This document shows positions 1 through 8,512 of a stretch of DNA of 64,000 nt, piece after piece. The translations under genes and the position numbers were made by a program. The DNA comes from an uncultured Gammaproteobacteria bacterium (GTDB taxonomy: Bacteria; Patescibacteriota; Microgenomatia; UBA10105; UBA927), in contig CAYUKU010000001.1 of the NCBI GenBank assembly GCA_964445435.1, positions 44,384-108,383 of the forward strand. Reading direction: 5' to 3'. Every line of letters begins with the position of its first letter. Positions within the stretch are counted from its first letter, which is position 1. Below the pieces are notes generated by a model, which worked only from the letters and a program-made list of their open reading frames with translations, had not been told where the DNA came from and ran no database searches.

Positions 1-109
1 AGGCACCACGAAGGGCGCGTCCGGTTGAGGAGAAGCGGTTTGGCCGCCAAGAGACATCCCTCCCTGAGTAGTTTGATCATTCATACGATTCCTGTACAAT
101 TATCATAAC

Positions 110-1507
110 ATGGGGTCATCAGCCAAAACCACAAGATCATACCGGTGGATCCGGGCTATCGCCGCAGGTGTGGCATTTTTTTCACTGCTTATTCTTCTTG
201 TTATTGGTATATTTCGCAAATACTACGAAGGACGCATCTATCCGAACGTTACTATTGCAGGCGTACCATTTGGGGGACAGACAAGACTACAAGTCGCCCA
301 ATACTGGCAACAGAAAAACGAACCGTTTGGCAGTGCCCAATTTGAACTGAAATTCAAATCCACCATAGCCACGTTTTCGGGAAGCGATATTGAACTCGGA
401 TATGATGCTGATTTGTCCGCCACCCAAGCCTACCTGATCGGCCGCTCCGGAGGATTTTTAAGTAAGCTGAACGTCACATTCTTTCAGAAATCAGTGAATT
501 TAGAGCCGTATTTTCGATGGACGGAAAGCGTCGTTGATGAAACACTTGCGCAACTCGCATCTCAAATAGACATACCGGAGCAGGATGCGCTATTTCAGTT
601 TGCTGACGGAAAAGTTGTATCCTTCCGACCGTCAAAGACAGGCCAAAAACTTGACCAGGCTGAAGCCAAACGACGAATTCAGGAAGCATTCACAACCGTT
701 GCCCGGACGAACCAGCAGCGGGTGACCATTCTTTTACCGGTCGACACGGTAAAACCATCAACTGCCACAAATGACACGAACGCGTACGGCATAAAAGAAC
801 TCATCGGACGGGGCTATTCGGAATTCGCAGGGTCCATACCCGGACGCATTCACAATGTGGCACTGGCAGCCTCCCGTCTCAATGGAATCCTCATAAAACC
901 CGGCGAAGAATTTTCATTTAACAAGGCCATAGGTGATATTTCCGCAGCAACAGGGTATCAATCCGCGTATATTATTAAAGAGGGCAGGACGGTGTTGGGA
1001 GACGGTGGTGGCGTCTGCCAAGTCTCAAGCACGTTGTTTCGCGCGGCTTTGGACGCGGGGCTCCCGATTGTCGAACGTCATGCGCACGCATACCGGGTTC
1101 ATTATTACGAAGAAGGAGGGTACAAACCCGGCCTGGACGCTACAGTATTTAGTCCTTCCGTCGATTTACGAATAAAAAACAATACCCCGTCTTACATTCT
1201 CATCCAGACGAAAACGGATACAAAAAATCTGACCCTGACGTTTGAACTTTACGGAACCCGCGACGGGCGGAAAGCGGAAATTTTCAATCATGTGGTGTCA
1301 TCACAAACACCTCCTCCTCCCCCGTTATACCAGGATGATCCGACACTGAAAGCCGGCGTCGTCAAACAGGTCGACTGGGCAGCGTGGGGCGCCAAAGCCT
1401 CTTTTCAGTATAAAGTCACGCGAAACGGCGAAACGCTTGAAGACACCACCTTCTATTCAAACTTCCGCCCGTGGCAGGCGGTCTTCCTAAAAGGCACGGC
1501 GCCCTGA
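110..1507 (+). CDS. VanW-family protein with N-terminal membrane anchor
   Basis: N-terminal hydrophobic helix (IRAIAAGVAFFSLLILLVIGIF). The VanW-domain hallmark GDGGGVCQVSSTLFRAALDAGLP lies in the C-terminal half. Confidence 0.7.
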   Translation: MGSSAKTTRSYRWIRAIAAGVAFFSLLILLVIGIFRKYYEGRIYPNVTIAGVPFGGQTRLQVAQYWQQKNEPFGSAQFELKFKSTIATFSGSDIELGYDADLSATQAYLIGRSGGFLSKLNVTFFQKSVNLEPYFRWTESVVDETLAQLASQIDIPEQDALFQFADGKVVSFRPSKTGQKLDQAEAKRRIQEAFTTVARTNQQRVTILLPVDTVKPSTATNDTNAYGIKELIGRGYSEFAGSIPGRIHNVALAASRLNGILIKPGEEFSFNKAIGDISAATGYQSAYIIKEGRTVLGDGGGVCQVSSTLFRAALDAGLPIVERHAHAYRVHYYEEGGYKPGLDATVFSPSVDLRIKNNTPSYILIQTKTDTKNLTLTFELYGTRDGRKAEIFNHVVSSQTPPPPPLYQDDPTLKAGVVKQVDWAAWGAKASFQYKVTRNGETLEDTTFYSNFRPWQAVFLKGTAP

Positions 1508-1508
1508 T

Positions 1509-1925
1509 ATGAAAAAAGTGCTTGTCGGCGGCTGTTTCGATTTTATTCACTTCGGTCATATTTCGTTTCTCAAGCAGGCCAAAATGTATGGCGACTCGCT
1601 TGTCGTTGCGTTGGAATCCGATGAAAATGTGAAACGCGCAAAGGGTGAAACGCGGCCGATTCATTCGCAGGATAAACGGAAAATCATGCTCGAGTCCCTT
1701 TCATTTGTCGATGAGGTTATCAGCTTGCCTCCGATGCGAACCGACGAAGAGTATACGAATCTCGTGAGGGACGTGCATCCAGCCGTCATTGCGGTAACCG
1801 AGGACGATCCCATCATGGATAAGAAAAAGAGTCAGGCAAACAAGGTTGGGGCAACGCTCGTGGTTATTCCGAAAATCCATACACCGTCCACGTCTCAACT
1901 CGCCAAACTCCTGGGCCTCGAGTAA
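1509..1925 (+). CDS. cytidylyltransferase-like nucleotidyltransferase (TagD/RibL-like HxGH family)
   Basis: N-terminal GGCFDFIHFGHISFLKQAK matches the (T/H)xGH nucleotidyltransferase motif. The 138-aa size and the LVVALESDE...VDEVI pattern resemble glycerol-3-phosphate cytidylyltransferase / FAD synthase RibL. Confidence 0.55.
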   Translation: MKKVLVGGCFDFIHFGHISFLKQAKMYGDSLVVALESDENVKRAKGETRPIHSQDKRKIMLESLSFVDEVISLPPMRTDEEYTNLVRDVHPAVIAVTEDDPIMDKKKSQANKVGATLVVIPKIHTPSTSQLAKLLGLE

Positions 1926-1935
1926 AATAACTCCC

Positions 1936-2907
1936 ATGAAGATTCTCGCGATAGAAACAAGCTGCGATGAGACCGCGGCCGCGGTCGTTGAGGATGGAAC
2001 GAAAGTTCTATCCTCCATCGTGGCATCATCTGCGTCAATGCACGAGAAATACGGAGGCATCGTTCCTGAGATTGCGGCACGTGAACAACTCAAATGCATC
2101 ATGCCAACCGTCGAGGAAGCAGTCGCGCCTGTCGGCATTGATCACATCGACGCGCTTGCTGTAACAGTCGGGCCCGGCCTTATCGGATCGCTCCTCATCG
2201 GCGTAGAAACTGCCAAGACGATTTCATATATAACGGGCAAACCGCTTCTTCCGGTCAATCACGTTCTGGCGCACATGTACGCAAATTTTATAGAGAAAAT
2301 TCCAGAATTTCCCGCGATCTCTCTCGTTGTCTCAGGGGGACATACAGAACTGTATCTCATGAAGTCTGAAAAAGATCTTGAGTGGCTTGGCGGCACCCTC
2401 GATGACGCGGCCGGTGAAGCATTTGACAAAACAGCTCGACTTCTCGGATTCGGCCATGGCGGAGGTATAGCCATACAGCAAAACGCACGGGATAACGGCA
2501 TCGGCATCAAACTTCCCCGACCACTTCTCTACGACAACACACTGAACTTTTCTTTTTCCGGTCTCAAAACTGCCGTACTTCGGGAAATTGGCAAACAGAA
2601 AGAAAACAATAGTTTCGACAGACCAACAATTGAACAGGTAGCGTTTGAGGTACAGGAGGCAATCACTGATGTTTTGGCAGCAAAAACAAGACTAGCCGCC
2701 AAACAAAGCAATGCAAAAACCATACTTCTTTCTGGCGGAGTTGCCGCAAATCTTCGTCTTCGGGAAAAATTACCGGAGGCTGTAGCGCCGCCTGTTTCTT
2801 TGTGCACGGATAACGCGGTTTATATAGCCTCATACGCCTATTTTCGGGGCAAGAAAACTGATTGGCACGACATTAGCGCAGAGCCGGATCTTTCTGTTGA
2901 AGTATAA
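1936..2907 (+). CDS. tsaD: tRNA N6-adenosine threonylcarbamoyltransferase TsaD (Kae1/Gcp family)
   Basis: MKILAIETSCDETAAAVV start, HVLAHMYA and SGGVAANLRLRE motifs. The upstream ORF extension 1846-1935 is judged spurious because it overlaps the preceding gene. Confidence 0.9.
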   Translation: MKILAIETSCDETAAAVVEDGTKVLSSIVASSASMHEKYGGIVPEIAAREQLKCIMPTVEEAVAPVGIDHIDALAVTVGPGLIGSLLIGVETAKTISYITGKPLLPVNHVLAHMYANFIEKIPEFPAISLVVSGGHTELYLMKSEKDLEWLGGTLDDAAGEAFDKTARLLGFGHGGGIAIQQNARDNGIGIKLPRPLLYDNTLNFSFSGLKTAVLREIGKQKENNSFDRPTIEQVAFEVQEAITDVLAAKTRLAAKQSNAKTILLSGGVAANLRLREKLPEAVAPPVSLCTDNAVYIASYAYFRGKKTDWHDISAEPDLSVEV

Positions 2908-3400
2908 TCGCCTCTTCTTTGCACCAGGGAGAATAAACATCGTTTGTGTCAGCTGCTATTTCACGAAGAAATATCTTCCAGTCCATCCATTTCCAATCCT
3001 CAACTTCTTTTCTATTTGGATTGGGATCTTGGTCATACTGCCCAACAAGAATAGGACAAATTTCGTTTTCTACAATTCCGTTTCGGTCAGCTGCACGATA
3101 GCGGTACGGGGAGACCTCCTGTACATCAACGCCCTTAATACCCAATTCGTCTGTCAATCGTCTTTGGGCTGCGAGGACCGCAGACTCGCCCGGTGCAAGA
3201 TGGCCGCAAACGGTATTCGTCCATACACCGGGAAATGTTTTTTTTGAGAGGGCGCGTCGCGTTATGAGTATCTGTCTTTTGGAATTAAAGATAAAAAGTG
3301 AAAACGCGCGATGAAGCGGAGTATTTGTAGAATGGACCGTGTCCTTCGGCGCAGTGCCGATCTCCCGGTTATGTTCATCGACTAATACGACCAATTCCAT
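2873..3400 (-). CDS. idi: isopentenyl-diphosphate delta-isomerase, type 1 (Nudix fold)
   Basis: HRAFSLFIFN...ITRRALSKKTFPGVWTNTVCGHLAPGES...ENEICPILVG matches type-1 IDI including the catalytic Cys/Glu context. Convergent 35-nt overlap with the tsaD 3' end. Confidence 0.8.
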   Translation of the reverse strand: MELVVLVDEHNREIGTAPKDTVHSTNTPLHRAFSLFIFNSKRQILITRRALSKKTFPGVWTNTVCGHLAPGESAVLAAQRRLTDELGIKGVDVQEVSPYRYRAADRNGIVENEICPILVGQYDQDPNPNRKEVEDWKWMDWKIFLREIAADTNDVYSPWCKEEAIILQQKDPALR

Positions 3401-3401
3401 G

Positions 3402-3473
3402 TGGGCCCGCTTGGTGACGATCCAAGCGCCCCCATGTTATAAGCATGGTGCTCTACCGCTGAGCTACGGGCCC
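3402..3473 (-). tRNA. tRNA with anticodon UAU (tRNA-Ile, AUA-reading), 72 nt
   Basis: The reverse complement folds as a canonical cloverleaf. Acceptor GGGCCCG/CGGGCCC, D-arm GCTC-AGCGGTA-GAGC, anticodon stem CCATG/CATGG with loop CTTATAA (T33, anticodon TAT, A37), 5-nt variable loop, T-arm CTTGG-ATCGTCA-CCAAG, discriminator A, no encoded CCA. Confidence 0.75.
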
Positions 3474-3492
3474 GACAATAAATTATATCAAT

Positions 3493-3885
3493 TTACACCG
3501 CTTTTCTCACAATATGCCCCGCAACAACTCGAATTCCTATCAAAACACGCTCCTTTATCTCGGTGTCATAGACGCGGATTCCACAAGTACCGTGTCCGAA
3601 TCCTTTCTGATCGATATCACTTCTATTACTATCTTTCAGATATGGTTTGGTAAACTGTCGCAGTGGTAGGCCAAGCATGTCACTCCAGTACTTCATCTCC
3701 TTCAGAACGTTCATATCTTTATACAGATGAAGATATATTCGCAATTGATTCAAGGGCACCCGTAATCCTTTATGGATCCATTGCAGCGCAAACTGCATCA
3801 AGGTGGGATCTGTGTTACTTATGCTCAGCATATTGCGAGACCCTTTGTCGCCCTCCCCCCAATACAAAAAAAGTCCAGCTATCAA
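3493..3885 (-). CDS. LAGLIDADG-like homing endonuclease domain (downstream half of a split ORF pair)
   Basis: Starts on TTG in the -1 frame, overlapping the stop of the upstream HTH ORF. IAGLFLYWGEGDKG resembles a degenerate LAGLIDADG/LAGFIDGDG motif followed by a LYKD..VLKE helical region typical of that fold. Weak. Confidence 0.3.
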   Translation of the reverse strand: MIAGLFLYWGEGDKGSRNMLSISNTDPTLMQFALQWIHKGLRVPLNQLRIYLHLYKDMNVLKEMKYWSDMLGLPLRQFTKPYLKDSNRSDIDQKGFGHGTCGIRVYDTEIKERVLIGIRVVAGHIVRKAV

Positions 3886-4163
3886 TAGTCTTTGTGTGAT
3901 AAAGGGAGTAGGCTTCGAGCTTCCTCACTTCGATACTTATCTATCTTCATCTCTTGTTTTCTTCTCATTGTTTCTCTGAATTTTTCAATTCGTATCTCAC
4001 TTCGTCCCCGTAATGCGTTAATTTCTTCCTTTGTAAGAGGGCTATCGCGCAACCATATACTCAATGTGCTTTTGCCTACACCGAGGATCGATTTTATCTG
4101 GTTATAACTCTTCCGCTGGCGCCTTAAAATAAGGGCTTTACGACGGAGAAGTGTATGAGTCAT
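3882..4163 (-). CDS. resolvase/IS-type helix-turn-helix protein (upstream half of the split HTH + LAGLIDADG-like pair)
   Basis: SYNQIKSILGVGKSTLSIWLRD is a classic HTH. The ORF ends in TGA overlapping the TTG start of the downstream 130-aa ORF, so the two may be one frameshifted gene. Confidence 0.35.
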   Translation of the reverse strand: MTHTLLRRKALILRRQRKSYNQIKSILGVGKSTLSIWLRDSPLTKEEINALRGRSEIRIEKFRETMRRKQEMKIDKYRSEEARSLLPLSHKDY

Positions 4164-4225
4164 TTTGAACCAACAATGAATATTTTCTCAACAATAATTC
4201 CATTGTACGATAATGGAGAAAAGCA

Positions 4226-5623
4226 TCAAGCTCGAAGGAGAGATTCCATTTCCCCCTCAATATCATACGCGCGTTTTCTCGTTTTCCCGAAAATTATGTA
4301 TGCAAGTTTATCCATGCGCAGCAAATTTTCTGAAACAGTAATAACTCCTTCCCGTGTCGCTTTATCAAATAACACAGGTCGCAGCCGATCCTGGATCTGC
4401 CCAAACGTAAGGTGACCCAGGTGAGAAATATCGTAACTGTTATTGGAAAGTACGTTGGTGATGTACATGAAGTCCTTACCAAAAAGCTTGAGTGCCGTCG
4501 TATAGACAAACGTGCCGCCCGTGCTTCGCACGTTTGATTCCGTCACGAACAGTTGTCCGTTTCTGCCTGCGACAAAATCGACATCATAATATCCCCGATA
4601 CCCGGCAGCCGCGTACCGCTCTCCAATGAAAAATCCCGTATCTACCATCTGTGCCGCTATCCGGTCGCTCACCACCTCGTTGTGGATCTCCACGCCCTTG
4701 AAAATTCCCTCAGAGGTCATACGCATCCCGCAATAATAGAGAAACTCCACCCGTCCGTTTTTGAGGATTTTGAATTCCACATTCGGGCAACCACCACCTA
4801 TTGACGACTGTATCTGAATAAAATCTTCGACAATAATCGGAAATCTACTCCAATAGGCTTCCTTTTCAAGAATCTTCAGTATAGTTTGCTCGCATGCTAA
4901 GTAATCCTGCGGCAAATCTCCGGGGCGGAAAAGTAAAACTCCCATGCCGGCGTGCCCCTTGTTCGTCTTAATCACGACTCCGTTTTCCTTAATGTATCGT
5001 TTTGCCGCAATTTTGGCCGCATCTTCAACGCCGACACAAATAAGGCCTTCCGCCATTTGGAAATCCGGCTCTGCGTTTTGACTCTGCTGTGCTAATTGTC
5101 TTATACCTGACTTGCTCCCGTAAAAATTTACCGTCCACCCGTCTTCTTCTTCCGGCGCTTCCGGTGTGTAAATGGTAAGTCCGCGACTGCGAAGTTCACG
5201 CATGAGGTGAAGAAACTCCGGTGTCGTAGCGTAACTGACTACAGTCAGCCTTCTTGTGGAGTTTGCTATTTCCACAAGTCTTTTCATCATCGACTCGTCA
5301 TTGAGGATGTCATCACATAAGGCGCCCGTATGGTGCGTCATGGGAATAATCGTGATATGCGTATTGCCAAAAAGTCCCTGATAATACGAAAGGAATTGGT
5401 CGCTGACTCCCTGAGGACAAATGAAATAAACGTGATCATCCTCACCGCAAAACTGGAAAAGCCGCATATCCGCCAAAAAAACATTTTCCTGTATCTCGCT
5501 AACCCGGCCTTTTTTGTTTGACATTGCACTAATAAACGGCCACACGTCTTCCGACATGTTGAAGAAATACACAAGTTTTGATGGTAATTTCGACGCCCCT
5601 GAAGGACTGGAAGATATATCCAT
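4226..5623 (-). CDS. ATP-grasp superfamily protein (pre-ATP-grasp + ATP-grasp), function unknown
   Basis: Central KTNKGHAGMGVLLF, the later EDFIQIQSS...EFKIL and the C-terminal YYDVDFV..GQLFVTESNVR match the ATP-grasp nucleotide-binding and catalytic loops. 465 aa. Confidence 0.5.
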   Translation of the reverse strand: MDISSSPSGASKLPSKLVYFFNMSEDVWPFISAMSNKKGRVSEIQENVFLADMRLFQFCGEDDHVYFICPQGVSDQFLSYYQGLFGNTHITIIPMTHHTGALCDDILNDESMMKRLVEIANSTRRLTVVSYATTPEFLHLMRELRSRGLTIYTPEAPEEEDGWTVNFYGSKSGIRQLAQQSQNAEPDFQMAEGLICVGVEDAAKIAAKRYIKENGVVIKTNKGHAGMGVLLFRPGDLPQDYLACEQTILKILEKEAYWSRFPIIVEDFIQIQSSIGGGCPNVEFKILKNGRVEFLYYCGMRMTSEGIFKGVEIHNEVVSDRIAAQMVDTGFFIGERYAAAGYRGYYDVDFVAGRNGQLFVTESNVRSTGGTFVYTTALKLFGKDFMYITNVLSNNSYDISHLGHLTFGQIQDRLRPVLFDKATREGVITVSENLLRMDKLAYIIFGKTRKRAYDIEGEMESLLRA

Positions 5624-5688
5624 GCAGTTAGTATTTATTCCACCATATTAGGAGAATACCGCTTTTTGCATGTATGTAAAGAGGGAAA

Positions 5689-8037
5689 TTAAAGTCGCGC
5701 ACGATGCGCAATTTCCGCTTCCACTAATTCTTTTGATCTGCCGAACTTGAGGCGGGAAAGCTGAATGATCGCCTCGGCAACTTTCTGATTTTTCTCTGCG
5801 CTCACTTTTGCCATGTCTTTCGTTAAATCCATGCTAAAAGGTTTCACCGGCTCATTTCGGACACTCGTTTTTATGTAGGCGTTAAACTTATCAATATTGA
5901 TAAGGTCAGCTTCATTAAAAGTCGGCTGGAACTCGTGTTGGAGATAGTTGGCGTCCGTCACACCGACACGGAAGGAAACAACCGTTCCCACATTCCCGAA
6001 CACGGCGTTTTTCACTTCCTCTTCCATCTGTCCGATGAATTGATTGGCGACGATGAGGTTCAACCTATACTTACGGGCCTCGGAAAGAATCTGGGCAAAG
6101 TCAGGCGTTGCGAAATTCTGAAACTCGTCAACATAGAGATAAAAATCTCTGCGCTCGTTCTCCGGAATTTCCTGCCTACTCATGGCAGCGATAAGAATCC
6201 GGGGTACGAGAATAAGTCCTAAGAAGTTACTGTTTTCTTCGCCAATTTTTCCCTTCGCGAGATTCACGAGAAGAATTTTTCCGTCGTCCATCACTTTACG
6301 GAAATCAAAGGATGACTGTGATTGACCTATGATATTACGCATCAATTTATTCGTCACGAATCTTCCGAACTTAGACACAATGTAATCGAGAACTTCGGAT
6401 TTGTGAAAATCAGCAGTTTGCGCGATCTGATCGGTCCAGTACCGCCTGATAATCGGATCCTGAAGTTTAGGGAGAAGCTCCTGGACAAATGCGCTATCCG
6501 TAAGAACACGAACAACTTCAACGAATGTATTTCCCGGTTCGACCATGACAGTAAGCATCGCATTTCTAATAGCGTGCTCAAACCTCGGTCCGATGATTCC
6601 TGTTTTCATAGGATCGTACAGCTTATACATGAGGCCCACGATCGATGTCACGACGAAGTGCTTCTGCTCCTCGGTTTTTGCCTCGAGCATGTTTAATCCC
6701 ATTGGTCGCTCGATATCCGAGGGATCGAAATAAATAACATCTTCAGCGCGTGAGGCGGGCATCCGGGAGAGAACCCCGTCAATAAGATCGCCGTGAGGAT
6801 CGATAACGGCAATGCCTTTCCCCTCATTAATATCCTGGATAATCATTTCCTCAAGAAGTTGAGACTTTCCGGTACCTGTTTTCCCGATAACGTACATATG
6901 CCGCCGCCGGTCATCTTCCGCGATATAAATTGGCCGCTCGACACCACGATACCGGGATTTACCCAAAAACAACCCGCTCATGGGGATTTGGGAAGGCGCC
7001 GGTGCACGCTTCGCGTTAAGCCAATAAATATGTGCTGTTTCGATAGACTTATTTGGAAGGTGAAATACACTTGCTAGCTCATCGCTGTTCATAACGCTAA
7101 ACTGCCGAAACAACGGAATATTCATAACTGGGAAATACCGATAGATGAAGTCAATCATGAACAACTGTTTGAATGGCATTTTCACTTTCGTGAAATGATT
7201 ATGGTCGGATGAAAACTGGCTGAAACTGGTCAGAAGATTATCCAAATGCATCTGTGCATTTTCTCTCGTCTCTGCTGAAACAACACACCGTATAACGGCA
7301 TTGAAACCGGGTTTGCTTACTTTCTGTTCTATCGCCTCAAGAGTTTTGGGATCTACGGAAAAACTTGCTTTCTCTGGATTCGCCTCGTTCTTCTTCACTT
7401 TGGAAATATATGAACGGCCGGTGCCGCGCCATTTGTCATTCGCAGGCTGGATAAGAATTTGCACAGCAGCTGCTTCACCGGGGCGCATTTTCGCAAGAAC
7501 CGACGTAATGGAAGATAAGGGATCAGTCGGCAGATCACGGAAAATACGGATCGGCTGGTAATCTGCACCGCTTAAACACAGAGCCGCGAACGCTACTTTT
7601 CCTGTTTCCGAAAAGAGCGAATACTCCTCTACCTGACGGATATCAGCGCCCGGATATGCCCCATGAATCTGCTTTTCCACAAGATCGGTTAATTTCTTGG
7701 GAACCGCCACATAAAACCTGATATCCTCGGGTTTTGCCACGATTTCAAACGATAGATGTTCCTGCGGTTTCAGAAACGACCAAAAATCCCCGTGTGCGAT
7801 ACTATGTAAACTGGCAAACATCTGCTCTGCAGCGTCAATTTTGATTTCATTATCGCGAGGCACCGCTATCTGAAGGAGCACCGTTTCCAAAGAGTGCTCT
7901 TCCCGGTTGCGATACTTCCAGAAAAGAAACAGAATATATCCCACGAGGAATAAGCCCCCCACAAACAACACTAGAAGAATCAGGCTCACTCCGAGCATTT
8001 CCAACCGATACGTTATATCAATAAGTTGATCCTGCAT
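5689..8037 (-). CDS. TraD/VirD4-like type IV coupling protein ATPase (TraG-D_C family), membrane anchored
   Basis: N-terminal TM helix (LILLVLFVGGLFLVGYILFLFW). Walker A VIGKTGTGKSQLL, Walker B-like LYVDEFQNFA, and RKYRLNLIVANQFIGQM typical of the TraM-recognition (TraG/TraD C-terminal) domain. Confidence 0.6.
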   Translation of the reverse strand: MQDQLIDITYRLEMLGVSLILLVLFVGGLFLVGYILFLFWKYRNREEHSLETVLLQIAVPRDNEIKIDAAEQMFASLHSIAHGDFWSFLKPQEHLSFEIVAKPEDIRFYVAVPKKLTDLVEKQIHGAYPGADIRQVEEYSLFSETGKVAFAALCLSGADYQPIRIFRDLPTDPLSSITSVLAKMRPGEAAAVQILIQPANDKWRGTGRSYISKVKKNEANPEKASFSVDPKTLEAIEQKVSKPGFNAVIRCVVSAETRENAQMHLDNLLTSFSQFSSDHNHFTKVKMPFKQLFMIDFIYRYFPVMNIPLFRQFSVMNSDELASVFHLPNKSIETAHIYWLNAKRAPAPSQIPMSGLFLGKSRYRGVERPIYIAEDDRRRHMYVIGKTGTGKSQLLEEMIIQDINEGKGIAVIDPHGDLIDGVLSRMPASRAEDVIYFDPSDIERPMGLNMLEAKTEEQKHFVVTSIVGLMYKLYDPMKTGIIGPRFEHAIRNAMLTVMVEPGNTFVEVVRVLTDSAFVQELLPKLQDPIIRRYWTDQIAQTADFHKSEVLDYIVSKFGRFVTNKLMRNIIGQSQSSFDFRKVMDDGKILLVNLAKGKIGEENSNFLGLILVPRILIAAMSRQEIPENERRDFYLYVDEFQNFATPDFAQILSEARKYRLNLIVANQFIGQMEEEVKNAVFGNVGTVVSFRVGVTDANYLQHEFQPTFNEADLINIDKFNAYIKTSVRNEPVKPFSMDLTKDMAKVSAEKNQKVAEAIIQLSRLKFGRSKELVEAEIAHRARL

Positions 8038-8047
8038 ACATCCTCAA

Positions 8048-8506
8048 CTAGACTTTCACACGAATAAGAGTACTTCCCATTTTCTGAATACCGACATGAA
8101 GCTGCTTTAGCCTCTTCACGCACCATTCTGCAAGCCACCGCCAGGAGTCGTTCACGCTCTGGGTGAGTCCGCGGGCAATCTGGTCGTCAGAAATGGGAAG
8201 TGTAATGGTTGCCGTGGTAGCAACGGGAACACTTGCCGGAGCCGGCTTAACCCCCATCTGCGCGACCGGCTGGGGAATGGGAATAGTGGTTGGCTGCATG
8301 CGCACGCCTGCAGAGACGACTTCTTTCGGAAGTTCCATTTCACTGCCCGTCGCATCGATAAGTCCTTCTTTCGCGTCAATGGGAGCGCCCACCACCTCCT
8401 TGTTTCCCGATGGCGTTACAGGAATAGGTGACGCCGCAGGTTGAGCTGCGGAAACAATTTGGTCATCGGTTTGGTCGTTGGGAGTGGGCAGATTGGTCAT
8501 GTCCAT
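8048..8506 (-). CDS. hypothetical Pro/Ala-rich protein
   Basis: ORF in operon position between the 662-aa unknown and the coupling ATPase (10-nt gap). No recognisable domain. Confidence 0.35.
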   Translation of the reverse strand: MDMTNLPTPNDQTDDQIVSAAQPAASPIPVTPSGNKEVVGAPIDAKEGLIDATGSEMELPKEVVSAGVRMQPTTIPIPQPVAQMGVKPAPASVPVATTATITLPISDDQIARGLTQSVNDSWRWLAEWCVKRLKQLHVGIQKMGSTLIRVKV

Positions 8507-8512
8507 ATCATA

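Noticed and set aside
3402-3473. Group I intron or homing-endonuclease insertion inside the tRNA
   Set aside because: The tRNA is a contiguous 72-nt cloverleaf. The LAGLIDADG-like ORF lies outside it.
8163-8444. Small ORFs on the opposite strand of the 152-aa gene (8152-8444 region) as a toxin-antitoxin pair
   Set aside because: They are low-complexity Ala/Gly-rich antisense artefacts of a Pro/Ala-rich gene, with no RBS or start context.
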